The position numbers and the translations under genes are program-made. This document shows positions 20,352 through 31,613 of a stretch of 64,000 nt of DNA, piece after piece. The DNA comes from an uncultured bacterium (lineage in GTDB: Bacteria; Chloroflexota; UBA5177; JANWHV01), in NCBI GenBank assembly GCA_963729625.1, contig CAVSOU010000009.1:88581-152580 (forward strand), written 5' to 3'. Under the pieces are notes generated by a model that was not told the origin of the DNA, ran no database searches, and was given only the letters and a program-made list of their open reading frames with translations. Numbering within the stretch: position 1 is the stretch's first letter; each line of letters opens with the position of its first letter.

Positions 20352-20522
20352 GGCGGCCCTCCCGACACAAGCATAACGGGTCGGGGATCTAGGGATCCAT
20401 GCCCTGGCCCGCCTGATCGCCCTCCGATGTTGCGGACCGGCGACGTGTTACGTCGTGCCGGCGTAACACGCCTGCAGAGGAAGGCGGCGTCCCGTCCCAG
20501 CCGAGACGGATTCTCTGTGCCC

Positions 20523-21258
20523 TCAAATGATCTGTGCCTGCGGCAGCGCCACAATATCTCGAATTGTCAGACGCCGCGGCATCCTCAGCATGAAGTTGAT
20601 GAGCTCGGCAACATCCTCGGAGCATAGACCGCGCCGTTCACGCAACCCCGCGGCCACCTCGGCGGGGTCGGTGACGCCCCAAATCTCATTGAGCACCATC
20701 CCAGGGGAAACACATGCGACGCGCAGCCCGTGCGGCGCCACTTCCTTCCTCAGCAGGCTGACCAGCGTCATGACGCCGTGCTTGCTGGCGCTGTAGACGG
20801 CCTCGTCCTCAATGTCCTGATGGCCGGAGATCGACGACGTGACGATGATGTCGCCGTCCTGTTGTGCGATCATGTGCGGCAGTACCTGTTTGATGCAGCG
20901 GATCACGCCAATCAGGTTCGCGTTGACGATTGCCACGAGTGTCTCGGTGTCGACATCGGCAATCCTTCCTTGCGCGAACTGCCCGGCGTTCGCCAGGAGA
21001 ATATCGATGCGCCCGAAGCGGTCGAGCGTGTTCGCTATGAGGTCCTCGACGTCGCGCGCTCGGGAGACGTCGGTCAGGCACGGCCAGCGCGACCCCAGTC
21101 CCCAATCCAGCTTGGAGCGCCTGCAAGCGATCAGCGCGCCGTCCAGCTAGCGTCACGCGCACGCCCTGACCGACCAGTAGCCGCGCTGTTGCCGCGCCGA
21201 TGCCAGACCCGGCGCCCGTGATAATGGCAACCTTGCCTCTTAGGTCCTGCGTTTCCAT
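20523..21258 (-). pseudogene. Ribitol 2-dehydrogenase-like SDR split by a +1 frameshift near 21076 (possibly a sequence error)
   Basis: METQDLRGKVAIITGAGSGIG in one frame; TDVS..LANAG..VYSASKH..TIRDIVALP in the next. Confidence 0.8.
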
Positions 21259-21451
21259 ACTCAATCCATTTCGGTAGCGCGGAACGGCACTCAGCGGTTG
21301 CACCTGCCATTCCCATGTGTTCGAAAGTATAGTCCAAGAAACACCGCCCTGCATGCGCTGCGGAGACCAGCGCGTCATAATGTGTAAGAATCCGTCATCT
21401 GGTGTGAGACACGGCTGTCGTTTGCTATAATCCCACGTGAGGGAAGTGACG

Positions 21452-22291
21452 TTGAGCGACATGGCGATCCACACTCGATCGCCCCGGCCGGACGAGTCGC
21501 GGTTGTTGCCGGAACAGAGACAGCTGCAAGTTGCGGCATTGCTGGCTGGGACCGATGCGGTCGCGCTGGACGACCTCGCCCGGCGGTTCGGAGTGTCGGC
21601 GCAGACCATCCGCCGCGACCTTGCGCGGCTCGAACGCAAGGGTCTGGTGCGACGGACCCATGGCGGCGCGGTCACGCGCGACGCGCTCAACTTGAGTGAG
21701 CCCGCGTTCATTTCTCGGCAAAGCGAGCACGCTGCCGAGAAGAAAGCTATCGCCCATGTGGCCCTCAGCCTGTTGCGTCCGGGCGAGAGTCTCTTTCTCG
21801 ACGCGTCGACCACAGTTCTCGCGCTGGTCAACCTGCTTCCTCCGGACTGGTCCGGCGACGTCGTGGTGACTTCGCTTCCGGCGGCTGTCGAAATGTCGCG
21901 TCTCGCGGGCGTCCGCCTCATGGTCGTGGGCGGAGAGTTCCGCCACTCGTCGCGGTCGTTCGGCGGTCCTCTGGCCGAGGAGATGCTCGAGCGGTTGGCG
22001 GTTAGCACCGTCCTGATGTCAGCTCGCGCGATCCACCATCGTCTTGGTCTCATGGAGGCTCACGCCGGAGAGGCCGCGCTCAAGCGAAGTATTCTGGCAC
22101 GCGCCGACCGGGTGATAGTGCTCGCGGACAGCAGCAAGCTCGGCAGGGTTGCCATCCATAGGGTCTGCGGAGTCGACCTCGCGCGTGCCCTGATTACCGA
22201 CTGTGGCGCCTCCGCGGATGAGCTCGATGGCCTGCGTCGAGTTCCCTGCGACGTGCGTGTCGCCGACGTGCCCGGCGCCGAAGCTCGCTGA
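21452..22291 (+). CDS. DeoR/GlpR family transcriptional regulator
   Basis: LARRFGVSAQTIRRDL HTH, RTHGGA, LDASTT, LADSSK; TATAAT at 21426; start uncertain (21437-21461). Confidence 0.93.
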   Translation: MSDMAIHTRSPRPDESRLLPEQRQLQVAALLAGTDAVALDDLARRFGVSAQTIRRDLARLERKGLVRRTHGGAVTRDALNLSEPAFISRQSEHAAEKKAIAHVALSLLRPGESLFLDASTTVLALVNLLPPDWSGDVVVTSLPAAVEMSRLAGVRLMVVGGEFRHSSRSFGGPLAEEMLERLAVSTVLMSARAIHHRLGLMEAHAGEAALKRSILARADRVIVLADSSKLGRVAIHRVCGVDLARALITDCGASADELDGLRRVPCDVRVADVPGAEAR

Positions 22292-22744
22292 GCTGGCGGT
22301 CGCTCGGCAGCCCGCCGCACGCCGGTGCTCTCCCCACCTGCGAGCGTTTTTCGCCTGGCTGGTCCGGCGCGAACGGAGCGCGGCGGTGTGCGTGGCAGGC
22401 GCTGCACGGTCCAGAAACACGCACGCCCTGACGACCACTCATGGCATGATTATGTGGTATTATGGTCGGCGGTGAGCAAAGCTGACCAATGTCGGTGCGT
22501 TCGCGGCGGCAGGTCGCTAGTGGGTAACCTTTCACGTTTATGGCCTTTCCCGGTGCGCGAGAATCTGGTCGGCCTGAAGGCCACGGCTGGGCGACCGGGT
22601 GAGGACACCCACTCTTGTGGGTACCCGGGCGTGAAGGCCGGAGTCTCACGCGAAGCGACAGTGGCCATGAGCAACGCACTTGACCCACGAACAGGGCGGT
22701 AATGCGTTTTGTCGCACGGGTTGCGGCACGGTCTGGAGTCGTGA

Positions 22745-23551
22745 ATGCTTGCGTTCGAGAGGCGGATGGCCCTGGCGGAACTGCTCGAGCAGAGCCCCGT
22801 GCTGACGGTCGACGACCTCGCGCGTCGCTTCACCGTGTCGCCACAGACGGTCCGCCGTGACTTCCAATACCTTGAGCAGAAGGGCCTGATCACGCGGAGG
22901 TATGGTGGCGCCGTGGCGCGCGAGGACGACCAGTCCGGCCGTGAACGTGCGTTTGTTGCGCGCGAGTCCGAGAGAATGAGCCAGAAGCGAGCGCTTGCGG
23001 CAGCCGCGTTGGACCTTGTGAAGCCGGGCACGACGGTGATCATGGATGCGTCGACAACCATTCTCGAGCTGGCTCGGGCTCTCCCGTCGACCATTCAACT
23101 CACTGCCATAGTCAATGCGCTGCCGATTGGCATGGAGCTGAGCCGGCGATCCCAGGTGTCGCTCACGATGCTCGGAGGAACGCTGCGGCACACGTCGCTT
23201 TCCTTCAGCGGCACTATCGCCGAAACCGCCCTCCGGCGCCTGTTTGTCGACACAGCCTTCATTTCAGTGCGAGGCCTATCCCTTCAACACGGTTTGACTG
23301 AGGCCAACGTCTCGGAAGCGTCGCTCAAAGAGATCATGGTGCACAATGCCTCGAGTGTAATCACGCTAGCCGACAGCACGAAGCTCGAAAGGATGGCCTT
23401 AAGCTACTTCGCGCCTGTTGCCGCCATCGGGGTACTGATTACCGACGATGGAGCCGACCCACAGATCGTGGCGCAGCTTCGCGACGCCGGGATCGACGTT
23501 CGAGTGGTGTGGACGGGCGCGCAGACGGAGATTGCGGCCAGGCGCGCATGA
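22745..23551 (+). CDS. DeoR/GlpR family transcriptional regulator
   Basis: LARRFTVSPQTVRRD, RYGGA, MDASTT, LADSTK. Confidence 0.93.
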   Translation: MLAFERRMALAELLEQSPVLTVDDLARRFTVSPQTVRRDFQYLEQKGLITRRYGGAVAREDDQSGRERAFVARESERMSQKRALAAAALDLVKPGTTVIMDASTTILELARALPSTIQLTAIVNALPIGMELSRRSQVSLTMLGGTLRHTSLSFSGTIAETALRRLFVDTAFISVRGLSLQHGLTEANVSEASLKEIMVHNASSVITLADSTKLERMALSYFAPVAAIGVLITDDGADPQIVAQLRDAGIDVRVVWTGAQTEIAARRA

Positions 23552-23622
23552 GCCGGACGAGATCAGTACAGGGTAATGCCGAGGCCGAAAGTGCACAGTA
23601 GCGCTCAGGATTTAATGTATAT

Positions 23623-23651
23623 TTGACAACAACGCTCAACAGTGGTAGTGT
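23623..23651 (+). promoter_or_regulatory. Sigma70-type promoter of the rha operon
   Basis: TTGACA-17-TAGTGT with extended TG and an AT-rich upstream element. Confidence 0.7.
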
Positions 23652-23790
23652 TGCTCCAGCGTTTTGCGTCTGGAAAGCAGGCTGAATTGTATCGCACGCC
23701 TATCTGTTTCGCGAGCAGAGCGCTGCCATTCGGGCTGGCAGTTAGGTGGTGCGGCTGCACACCAGATCGGAACGATTCTTGGAGGTAGAG

Positions 23791-25308
23791 ATGCACGGCC
23801 GGGTGCCGATCCTGCGGCTGGAGAACATCAGCAAGTCATTTGCCGGAGTCCATGCCTTGCGCGACGTGTCATTTGAGGTATATGGCGGCGAAGTGCACGC
23901 ACTCGTAGGCGAAAACGGCGCCGGCAAGTCGACGCTGATCAAGGTCCTGGCGGGCGTCCATAAGCCCGATACAGGTCATGTGTTCGTGGACAGCAATCCG
24001 GCCGAAATCGGATCGCCGTCCGCTGCGCAGTCGCACGGCGTGGCAGTGATCTATCAGGAACCGACTCTGTTTCCCGACTTGAGCGTGGCCGAGAACGTGC
24101 TGATGCGGCGGCAGCCAGTCGACCGTTTGTACAGAATTCGCTGGCCGGCGATGAACGCATCTGTCCAGAGTATTCTGGACAACCTCGGCGTGTCGATTGC
24201 AGCTAACAACAAAGTGCGAGGTTTGAGCATCGCCGACCAGCAAATGGTCGAGGTCGCGAAGGCGCTGTCGATGAATGCTCGCGTGCTGATCATGGACGAG
24301 CCGACAGCCGCGCTCACTCCGCGCGAGGTCCGTGACCTGTTCGCGATCGTCGACCGGCTGCGCGCCAACGGAGCCGCCGTTGTCTTCATCAGCCATCGAC
24401 TCGAGGAAGTGCTCCAGATCGCGGATCGCATCACGGTGCTGCGCGACGGCCAGCAAGTGGCGACCATGCCGCGGTCAGAGGCATCCTCGGAGAAGTTGGT
24501 GCAGCACATGGTGGGTCGTCCGCTCAGCGTGCTGTTCGAGCGCGGAGCGAGCAACGTCGGCGACCCCTGTCTCGAGGTACGCGGACTCAGCCGCGGCCGC
24601 ATCTTCCAGAACATCGACCTCGAAGTGCGGCACGGCGAGATCGTCGGACTTGCCGGCCTTGTTGGAGCCGGAAGGTCGGAAGTTGCGCGGGCTATCTTCG
24701 GTATCGATCGCCCCGATGGCGGCAGCGTGCTGCTTGACGGCCGCGAGCTCAGGATACGGAGCGCTCGGCAGGCCGTCCGCCTGGGTCTGAGCTATGTGCC
24801 TGAGGATCGTGCCGCCCATGGATTGGTGGCGCCTATGTCCATTCAGCACAACGTCACGCTGGCGATCCTTCGTCACGTGAGCGGGGCGGGCTGGACACGC
24901 GACGCGCGAGAGCGAGTCGTTACCCAGGAGTACGAGTCGCGCTTGCGCATTCGCATGTCTGGTGTCAGGCAGAGGGTGCGTGAGCTGTCGGGCGGGAATC
25001 AGCAGAAGGTCGTGCTGGCGAAATGGCTGGCCACGCAGCCAAAGGTCCTCATCCTCGACGAACCCACGCGCGGTATCGACGTCGGCGCCAAGGCGGAGGT
25101 CCACCGGTTGATGGGCGAGCTGGCCGGGCAAGGGCTGGCTATCCTCATGATCTCATCCGAGCTGCCCGAGGTACTGGCGATGAGCGATCGCATCGTTGTC
25201 ATGCGCGGCGGCCGCATCGCCGGCCGATTTACGCGCGGCGAGGCCACGCAGGAGTCGATTATGGCCGCGGCAGCGGGGCAAACAGTGGTGGAAGGAGTCG
25301 CGTCGTGA
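23791..25308 (+). CDS. rhaT: Rhamnose-type sugar ABC transporter ATP-binding protein (two NBDs)
   Basis: [13 protein letters not shown] twice, LSGGNQQKV; rha context. Confidence 0.92.
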   Translation: MHGRVPILRLENISKSFAGVHALRDVSFEVYGGEVHALVGENGAGKSTLIKVLAGVHKPDTGHVFVDSNPAEIGSPSAAQSHGVAVIYQEPTLFPDLSVAENVLMRRQPVDRLYRIRWPAMNASVQSILDNLGVSIAANNKVRGLSIADQQMVEVAKALSMNARVLIMDEPTAALTPREVRDLFAIVDRLRANGAAVVFISHRLEEVLQIADRITVLRDGQQVATMPRSEASSEKLVQHMVGRPLSVLFERGASNVGDPCLEVRGLSRGRIFQNIDLEVRHGEIVGLAGLVGAGRSEVARAIFGIDRPDGGSVLLDGRELRIRSARQAVRLGLSYVPEDRAAHGLVAPMSIQHNVTLAILRHVSGAGWTRDARERVVTQEYESRLRIRMSGVRQRVRELSGGNQQKVVLAKWLATQPKVLILDEPTRGIDVGAKAEVHRLMGELAGQGLAILMISSELPEVLAMSDRIVVMRGGRIAGRFTRGEATQESIMAAAAGQTVVEGVAS

Positions 25309-26363
25309 TCGCCGGAAGCGCGGTCGGCCGTGAGACCCGGCTGGATCGCGGCAGTTCGCTCATCATCTGGATTGCTCGTCTTCGCGAGGCCGGCATTATC
25401 GTGGCGTTGCTGCTGCTTATGACCATGGTCAGCTTCAGCAATTCGACGTTCCTGACTACCGAGAACTTCCGTAACATCCTGCTGGCCATCGCCATCTTGG
25501 CGACGCTGGCGATCGGCGAGACCATGGTTATCCTCGCCAAGCAGATTGACCTGTCCGTCGCCGCCAACATGGGCGTCACGGTGATGATCATCGCCCAGTT
25601 GCTCAAGGCGCATCCAGGCATGTCGCTGGGGATAGCCGTACTGATCTGCGTGGTCATCGGCATCGGGCTCGGCGCCGTGAACGGGGTGCTCGTCACCGTT
25701 GGGCGCGTGCCGGCGATCATCGCCACGCTGGGTACGCTCAACATCTACCACGGACTGCAGTCCATCGCCAGCGGTGGCGGCGAGGTGGTCAGCGGCGACC
25801 TTCCCGGCAGTTACCTCAACCTGGCCGGCAGCAACGCGATCGCCATTCCGCTGCCCGGCGGGATCGTCTTCAGCATTCGCTGGCTGGTGATATTCCCGGT
25901 CGTGCTGGCCATCCTCGCCGCGTATTTCCTGCGCAGCACTCGAGTCGGCCGCCAGATCTACGCCGTCGGCAGCAACGCGCTGGCAGCGCGGTTGGCCGGC
26001 GTCCGCGTCAACTGGATCGTGTTTCTTGTGTTCGTGCTGTCGGGCGCCCTGTCCGGGCTCGGCGGATTCCTGTACGGCGCGGACTACGGCACGGTGACGG
26101 CCGGCGCCGGCAACGGTTTCGAGCTGCAGGTCATCGCCGCCGTGGTCATCGGCGGTACCACCATAGCCGGAGGCAGTGGTACCATGCTGGGCACGATTCT
26201 CGGTTGCCTGCTGTTGGGCGTCGTTCAGAACGCCCTGGCGCTGCTCAATTTGTCTGAGTTCTGGTCGCAGGCGATCACTGGCATGATCATTCTGGCAGCG
26301 GTGGTCTCCGACGCATTGATCAGCCATCGCTTGCAACGCCTTCTGCAGGGGGTTCGACGATGA
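25305..26363 (+). CDS. rhaP: Sugar ABC transporter permease
   Basis: GTG overlapping the previous TGA; [19 protein letters not shown]. Confidence 0.9.
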   Translation: MIAGSAVGRETRLDRGSSLIIWIARLREAGIIVALLLLMTMVSFSNSTFLTTENFRNILLAIAILATLAIGETMVILAKQIDLSVAANMGVTVMIIAQLLKAHPGMSLGIAVLICVVIGIGLGAVNGVLVTVGRVPAIIATLGTLNIYHGLQSIASGGGEVVSGDLPGSYLNLAGSNAIAIPLPGGIVFSIRWLVIFPVVLAILAAYFLRSTRVGRQIYAVGSNALAARLAGVRVNWIVFLVFVLSGALSGLGGFLYGADYGTVTAGAGNGFELQVIAAVVIGGTTIAGGSGTMLGTILGCLLLGVVQNALALLNLSEFWSQAITGMIILAAVVSDALISHRLQRLLQGVRR

Positions 26364-27442
26364 GCGCGGGAAGCGAGCGAGACACCGGGATCGCCGCGAC
26401 TCCGGTCATGGCAGAGCATTCCACGGCGCCTGTAAATGCCCTGTTTCGCCGACCGTCCTTGCAGCTGCTGTTGCGCTGGGAAGTTCTCCTGGTAGTGCTG
26501 ATTGTCGTCGCCGGTGCATGGTCGTCGTGGCTGTCGCCGTACTTTCTGGACTGGTCGAACATGTTCGACATGACGTCCCAGTTCATGGAGAAGGCAATCA
26601 TGGCCCTTCCCATGACGCTGATCATCATCAGCGGCGGCATCGACTTGTCCATCTCGTCAGTATTGGCACTGGCCGGTGTCTCGTTCGGCCTGCACTATTC
26701 GACATCCGGCGATCTCTCGGTCAGTATCTTCCTGGCGCTGGCCATAGGTCTGGTCGCGGGATGCGCCAACGGCATGATAACCACGCGCGTCAGGCTTCAC
26801 CCGTTGGTGGTGACGCTGGGGACGATGGCGCTGTACCGGGGACTGGCGCAGGTTATCCTCGGCGACCGCGCGATCAGCTCATTCCCAGACAATTTCAACA
26901 ACCTCGGCCAGGGTTACGTGGGCGTCAAGCCGTTGCTGCCGTTCGGCGACATGCTGCCGTGGCCGCTGGTGATTTTCGCCGTACTGGCGATCATCTTTGC
27001 CCTGCTCCTGCATCGCACAAGTTTCGGCCGATTGATCTACGCCATCGGCAACAACGAGGATGCCTGTCGCTACTCAGGCATCGCGGTCGACAGGATCAAG
27101 CTGGTGCTGTACACGGTGTCCGGACTGTTCGCCGCTACGGCCGGTCTCATCTACGCCTCGCGACAGGGCAGCGCGCGCTGGGACATGGGCACGGGGTTCG
27201 AGCTCGACGTGATCACGGCCGTCGTGCTCGGCGGCACGGACATCAACGGAGGCTCTGGCAGCATACTCGGCACCGTGCTCGCCCTCTTCCTCATCGGCGT
27301 GCTCCGCAACGGCATGGGCCTGGCCAATATCGGCGACCAGAACCAGACCATTGTGATTGGCGCATTGCTGATCTTCTCCATTCTTGGGCCATCGATTGCG
27401 CAGCGATTGGGTCTGCGCCGCGTGGAAGCAAAAGGAGGTTAG
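26360..27442 (+). CDS. rhaQ: Sugar ABC transporter permease
   Basis: LLRWE N-terminus, [21 protein letters not shown]. Confidence 0.9.
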   Translation: MSAGSERDTGIAATPVMAEHSTAPVNALFRRPSLQLLLRWEVLLVVLIVVAGAWSSWLSPYFLDWSNMFDMTSQFMEKAIMALPMTLIIISGGIDLSISSVLALAGVSFGLHYSTSGDLSVSIFLALAIGLVAGCANGMITTRVRLHPLVVTLGTMALYRGLAQVILGDRAISSFPDNFNNLGQGYVGVKPLLPFGDMLPWPLVIFAVLAIIFALLLHRTSFGRLIYAIGNNEDACRYSGIAVDRIKLVLYTVSGLFAATAGLIYASRQGSARWDMGTGFELDVITAVVLGGTDINGGSGSILGTVLALFLIGVLRNGMGLANIGDQNQTIVIGALLIFSILGPSIAQRLGLRRVEAKGG

Positions 27443-27534
27443 TTAGCAGTCGTCGGCAAGTAAACTTGAGCACGAATGTGCAAAGCACCTCGAACGTGCT
27501 TGCGTCGAGCTATCAATAAAGGAGTATTCGTAGT

Positions 27535-28545
27535 ATGCGCCGTTCCCTTCGCGTCATTTGCGCCGCAGTGCTGGTCGGCAGTGTGGCCGCGACCGCCCTA
27601 CCCCAGTCGATGTCTCTCACTGCACACGCGAAATCCTACAAGATCTTCGTGTTGCCCAAGACCACCGACAACCCCTACTTCACAACGGCCTACAATGGTA
27701 GCCTTCGGGCCAACAAGGCGCTTGGCGACTCGCTGAAGATGGTCGGACCAACCTCCAGCAGCACCACGACGCAGACGCAGTACGTGAACCAGCTCATCCA
27801 GGAGCACGCGGATGCCATCGTCGTCTCGGCGAACGACCCGGGCGCGATCAAGGCCGCGCTGCAGAAGGCAATGGCCAAAGGGATCAAGGTAGTCGGCTAC
27901 GACTCTGATCCGGTCGGCGCTCGCAACGTGTTCGTCAACCAGGCCGACACCGAGCAAATCGGGCGCATCGAGGTTCAGACGATCGGCAAACTGCTCAACT
28001 ACACGGGCGAGATTGCCATCCTGAGCGCGACCACCACGGCGACGAATCAAAACGCCTGGATCGGCTTCATGAAGCAGGAGCTGGCCCTGCCCAAGTACAA
28101 GAACATGAAGCTCGACAAGATCGCCTACGGGAACGACGATCCGAACAAGAGCACGACCGAGGCCAACGGCCTGCTCACCAGCTTCCCCAATCTCAAGGGC
28201 ATCATTTCTCCGACCACGATCGGTATCCTCGCGGCCGCGCAGGCGGTCAAGGTTGCGGGCGATACAGGCAAGGTGCTTGTCACCGGACTGGGGACACCTA
28301 ACGACATGCGCGCGTACGTCAAGGGTGGCCAGTGCCCGGCGTTCGCGCTGTGGGATCCCGGAAACCTCGGCTATCTGGCCGAGTACATCGCGCACGACCT
28401 GGCGGCGGGGACCATCACCGGCAAGGTGGGCGAGAAGTTCACGGTTCCAGGGCTTGGAGCCTACACCATCGGCGCCAACAATGTCGTCGTGCTCGGGCCA
28501 CCGACCGTCTTCGACAAGACGAATATCGACAAGTTCCACTTCTAG
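27535..28545 (+). CDS. rhaS: Rhamnose ABC transporter substrate-binding protein (RhaS/LsrB-like)
   Basis: Signal peptide, PKTTDNPYF, ATNQNAWI, FALWDPGNLGY. Confidence 0.9.
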   Translation: MRRSLRVICAAVLVGSVAATALPQSMSLTAHAKSYKIFVLPKTTDNPYFTTAYNGSLRANKALGDSLKMVGPTSSSTTTQTQYVNQLIQEHADAIVVSANDPGAIKAALQKAMAKGIKVVGYDSDPVGARNVFVNQADTEQIGRIEVQTIGKLLNYTGEIAILSATTTATNQNAWIGFMKQELALPKYKNMKLDKIAYGNDDPNKSTTEANGLLTSFPNLKGIISPTTIGILAAAQAVKVAGDTGKVLVTGLGTPNDMRAYVKGGQCPAFALWDPGNLGYLAEYIAHDLAAGTITGKVGEKFTVPGLGAYTIGANNVVVLGPPTVFDKTNIDKFHF

Positions 28546-28798
28546 TCCCAGCGTACGATCGAGCTCTTTGTTTGCCGGGCCTGCGTCGAGAGGCGAATGG
28601 TACGGGTGGGTGAGCTGACCTGCGGGTCAGGGACGGTGAATTGGCATGAGCCGTCATGCTCGCTCCAGGCCTGCAAACGAAGGTCATCGAGATTGCGCTG
28701 AGGAGCACGCTCAAGCTGGGGGCAGGTATTCTGCCCCCAGCGAGCGCTCGACAGACGCTGCCGGCCGTCTGCCCGATTTGCCGACCGGAGGGAGTAAG

Positions 28799-29854
28799 AT
28801 GACACCTCGCCAACGGTGGCGAGCATTGCTCGCCGGAGAACGTCCCGATCGAGTTCCCTGTGACTACTGGGGCACTGCCGAAGTCACCGCGCGCCTGCTC
28901 CGCGATCTGGGCTGCGCGGGCGAAAAGGAGCTGTACGAGCGACTGGGCGTGGATAAGTGCATCCACCTTGTGCCGAGCCATCCGACGGTTGCTTCCGACG
29001 GGTGGCACATGCAGTCGCATTTCCAGGTCTGGAACATCGGCACGGAAATGATTTCCTACGGCGACGGACTCGGCGTCTATGAAGAGGCGGTCTCGCATCC
29101 GCTCGCCGGCGCACGTACCGTGGCCGACGTGGAAATGTTCAACTGGCCCAGCGTAGACGTATGGGACTACTCCACGCTGCGCGACCAGTGCGCCGCTTGG
29201 CCCGACAATCCTATCCTTTGCGGCTCCAGCGAGCCTTTCTACCTCTACTGTCGCCTGCGCGGCATGGAGCGTTCGCTATCAGACCTCATCGAATGTCCAG
29301 AAATAGCGGAGTCAATTCTCGAGCATATCTTCGCGGTAGACTTCGCGGTGTTCAGCCGGATCCTGCGCGAAGTGGGCGATCGCATCGATCTCATGTACGT
29401 GGCGGAAGATCTCGGTACCCAAGCCTCTCTGCTGATGAGTCCGCGACTCTTCCGGAGATTCCTCAAACCTCGCATGACCAGGCTGATTGAGCTGGCACAT
29501 TCATTCGGCGTGCGGGTGATGCATCACGACGATGGAGCGATCCGGACCGTGATCCCGGACCTGATCGAGGCCGGAATCGACATTCTGAATCCCATCCAGT
29601 GGCGCTGTGCCGGCATGGAACGCGAGGGCTTGGCGCGGGATTTCGGGTCCCAGCTCGTCTTCCACGGCGGTGTCGACAACCAGCAGACGCTGCCCTTCGG
29701 GACCGCGGCCGATGTGCGCGAGCAAGTGGCCGAGAACATCCTGGCATTTCGCGATGGTAAAGGCTATATCGTGGCGCCATGTCACCACATTCAAGCCAAC
29801 ACGCCGACCGAGAATATCGTGGCCATGTACGCTGCCGTACAGGAGTTCGGCTGA
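28799..29854 (+). CDS. Uroporphyrinogen decarboxylase / MtaA-CmuA family TIM-barrel protein
   Basis: MTPRQR..PDRVP start, LRGME, EDLGTQ, HHDDG, GGVDNQQTLPFGT, APCHHIQ..TPTENI. Confidence 0.85.
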   Translation: MTPRQRWRALLAGERPDRVPCDYWGTAEVTARLLRDLGCAGEKELYERLGVDKCIHLVPSHPTVASDGWHMQSHFQVWNIGTEMISYGDGLGVYEEAVSHPLAGARTVADVEMFNWPSVDVWDYSTLRDQCAAWPDNPILCGSSEPFYLYCRLRGMERSLSDLIECPEIAESILEHIFAVDFAVFSRILREVGDRIDLMYVAEDLGTQASLLMSPRLFRRFLKPRMTRLIELAHSFGVRVMHHDDGAIRTVIPDLIEAGIDILNPIQWRCAGMEREGLARDFGSQLVFHGGVDNQQTLPFGTAADVREQVAENILAFRDGKGYIVAPCHHIQANTPTENIVAMYAAVQEFG

Positions 29855-29983
29855 ATCTGAGGTGACAATAGCCTCCATCTGCGGAAGGATGGCAGAGACG
29901 GGCCGACTGCGGTCGGGCGAGCGCGGCGGTTTTCATGCGTGGTGGCGGCCCACCGGACCATTGGTATCTAGGGAGGAATTGGA

Positions 29984-31498
29984 GTGTCACGCTATCTTGC
30001 CGTCGACCTGGGCGCCGAGAGCGGCCGTGTCATGGCCGGCGTGTTCGGCGGTGAGCGCATTGAGCTCGAGGAAATCCATCGTTTTGCCAATATTCCGGTG
30101 CGCACGCCGGACGGCTTGCACTGGGACACTCTGGGCATCTATCGCGAGATCCTGGCCGGCCTTCGACGTGCGTCCGACCTCCATTCCGGAGAATTCGCGG
30201 GCATCGGCGTCGACTCCTGGGGTGTCGACTACGGGCTGATCGACGCGGATGGGCGGCTGCTGGGCAATCCCTACCACTACCGCGATGCGCGCACGGACGG
30301 TATGCCAGACGCTTCCGCGAAAGTCGTCCCCGCGTCCGAACAATACGCGCGCACGGGCATCGCGGCGCTGCAATTCAACACGCTGTACCAGCTCATGGCG
30401 GCCGTTCAATCGGGCGATCGCACGATCGAGCTGGCGCGCAACCTGCTGCTCATGCCGGACCTCATGCACTACTGGCTGTGCGGCGTGCAAGCCTGCGAAC
30501 GAACGAACGGCAGTACGTCCGGCGCACTCGACACGAATGGAACCTGGGCGCGCGACATGATCGAGCGTCTCGGCGTGCCGACCCACATGCTGACAGAGCC
30601 CGTGACCGCTGGGTTCAGGCTCGGCGCGCTCCGTTCGAGCGTGCAGCAGGACAGCTGCCTCGGGGCGGTGCCGATACTATTGCCTCCGACGCACGACACG
30701 GCCTGCGCCGTCGTCGCGGTGCCCGCGGAGCCCGCGCGCGAGGGCGCCGGGCACATGTACCTGAGCTGCGGCACGTGGTCGCTCATGGGGATGGAACTGG
30801 AGAGGCCAAACACCAGCGAGGCGGCACGACTGGCAGGCTTTACAAACGAGCATGGCGCCGGCGGAACGTTCCGCTTTCACACCAACATCATGGGGCTCTG
30901 GCTTCTGCAGGAGTCCCGCAGGGCCTGGGCCCGAAGGGGCTTGCATGCGGACTGGAGCTACCAGGAGCTCATGGAGCGCGCCTCGGCTATCGAGTCCCCG
31001 CACGTGGTTATCGACGTCGATGCGCCCGGATTCCTCCACCCAGACGACATGCCGGCTGCCATCGGGGCGAGCCTCGCTGCTGCCGACCGTGCGCGCGTGA
31101 GCGATCCTGTCTACCTGACGCGCGCGATCCTGGAGAGCCTGGCTGTGGCGTACCGCGTAACTGTCGAGCGCGTCGAACGCCTGACGGGAGTGGCGGTGCG
31201 GACTATCCACATCGTGGGCGGCGGCTCGCGCAACAGCTTGCTGTGCCAGCTTGCGGCCGACGCAACAGGGCGCCACGTGGTTGCCGGTCCAACTGAAGCT
31301 ACCGCCCTCGGCAACATCATCATCCAGACGCTGGGCGCGGGAGAGATCCGCGACATGGTCGAGGCGCATGAGGTTGCTCGCGCATCGGCCCAGGTGACGC
31401 ACTACGAACCGCGCGCAGGCGAAGTCTGGGACGAGCTGCATGCGCGCCTGGTTGGACTACGGGCGGCGGCCCCGAATGCGGGGGCCGACCATAGCTGA
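29984..31498 (+). CDS. rhaB: Rhamnulokinase (FGGY family)
   Basis: AVDLGAESGR, DSWGVDY, HYRD, HDTACA, GFTNE, NIMGLWLLQE, EATALGN. Confidence 0.93.
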   Translation: MSRYLAVDLGAESGRVMAGVFGGERIELEEIHRFANIPVRTPDGLHWDTLGIYREILAGLRRASDLHSGEFAGIGVDSWGVDYGLIDADGRLLGNPYHYRDARTDGMPDASAKVVPASEQYARTGIAALQFNTLYQLMAAVQSGDRTIELARNLLLMPDLMHYWLCGVQACERTNGSTSGALDTNGTWARDMIERLGVPTHMLTEPVTAGFRLGALRSSVQQDSCLGAVPILLPPTHDTACAVVAVPAEPAREGAGHMYLSCGTWSLMGMELERPNTSEAARLAGFTNEHGAGGTFRFHTNIMGLWLLQESRRAWARRGLHADWSYQELMERASAIESPHVVIDVDAPGFLHPDDMPAAIGASLAAADRARVSDPVYLTRAILESLAVAYRVTVERVERLTGVAVRTIHIVGGGSRNSLLCQLAADATGRHVVAGPTEATALGNIIIQTLGAGEIRDMVEAHEVARASAQVTHYEPRAGEVWDELHARLVGLRAAAPNAGADHS

Positions 31499-31613
31499 AC
31501 TGAAGTATTCTGGGATGGCCGTGCTATTGAACGGGCGGAAGGGCTGCGCAGAGAGCGATTTGTAGGGGACGGCGATCCGCGCAGCAGTAGGTAGTGTGAA
31601 GTGGAGCGCGAAA

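Noticed and set aside
20352-20520. SAM-I riboswitch upstream of the cystathionine gamma-synthase-like gene
   Set aside because: Conserved SAM-I core elements not found; only generic hairpins
28799-29854. hemE (true uroporphyrinogen decarboxylase)
   Set aside because: Lacks the RQAGR motif and there is no tetrapyrrole gene context
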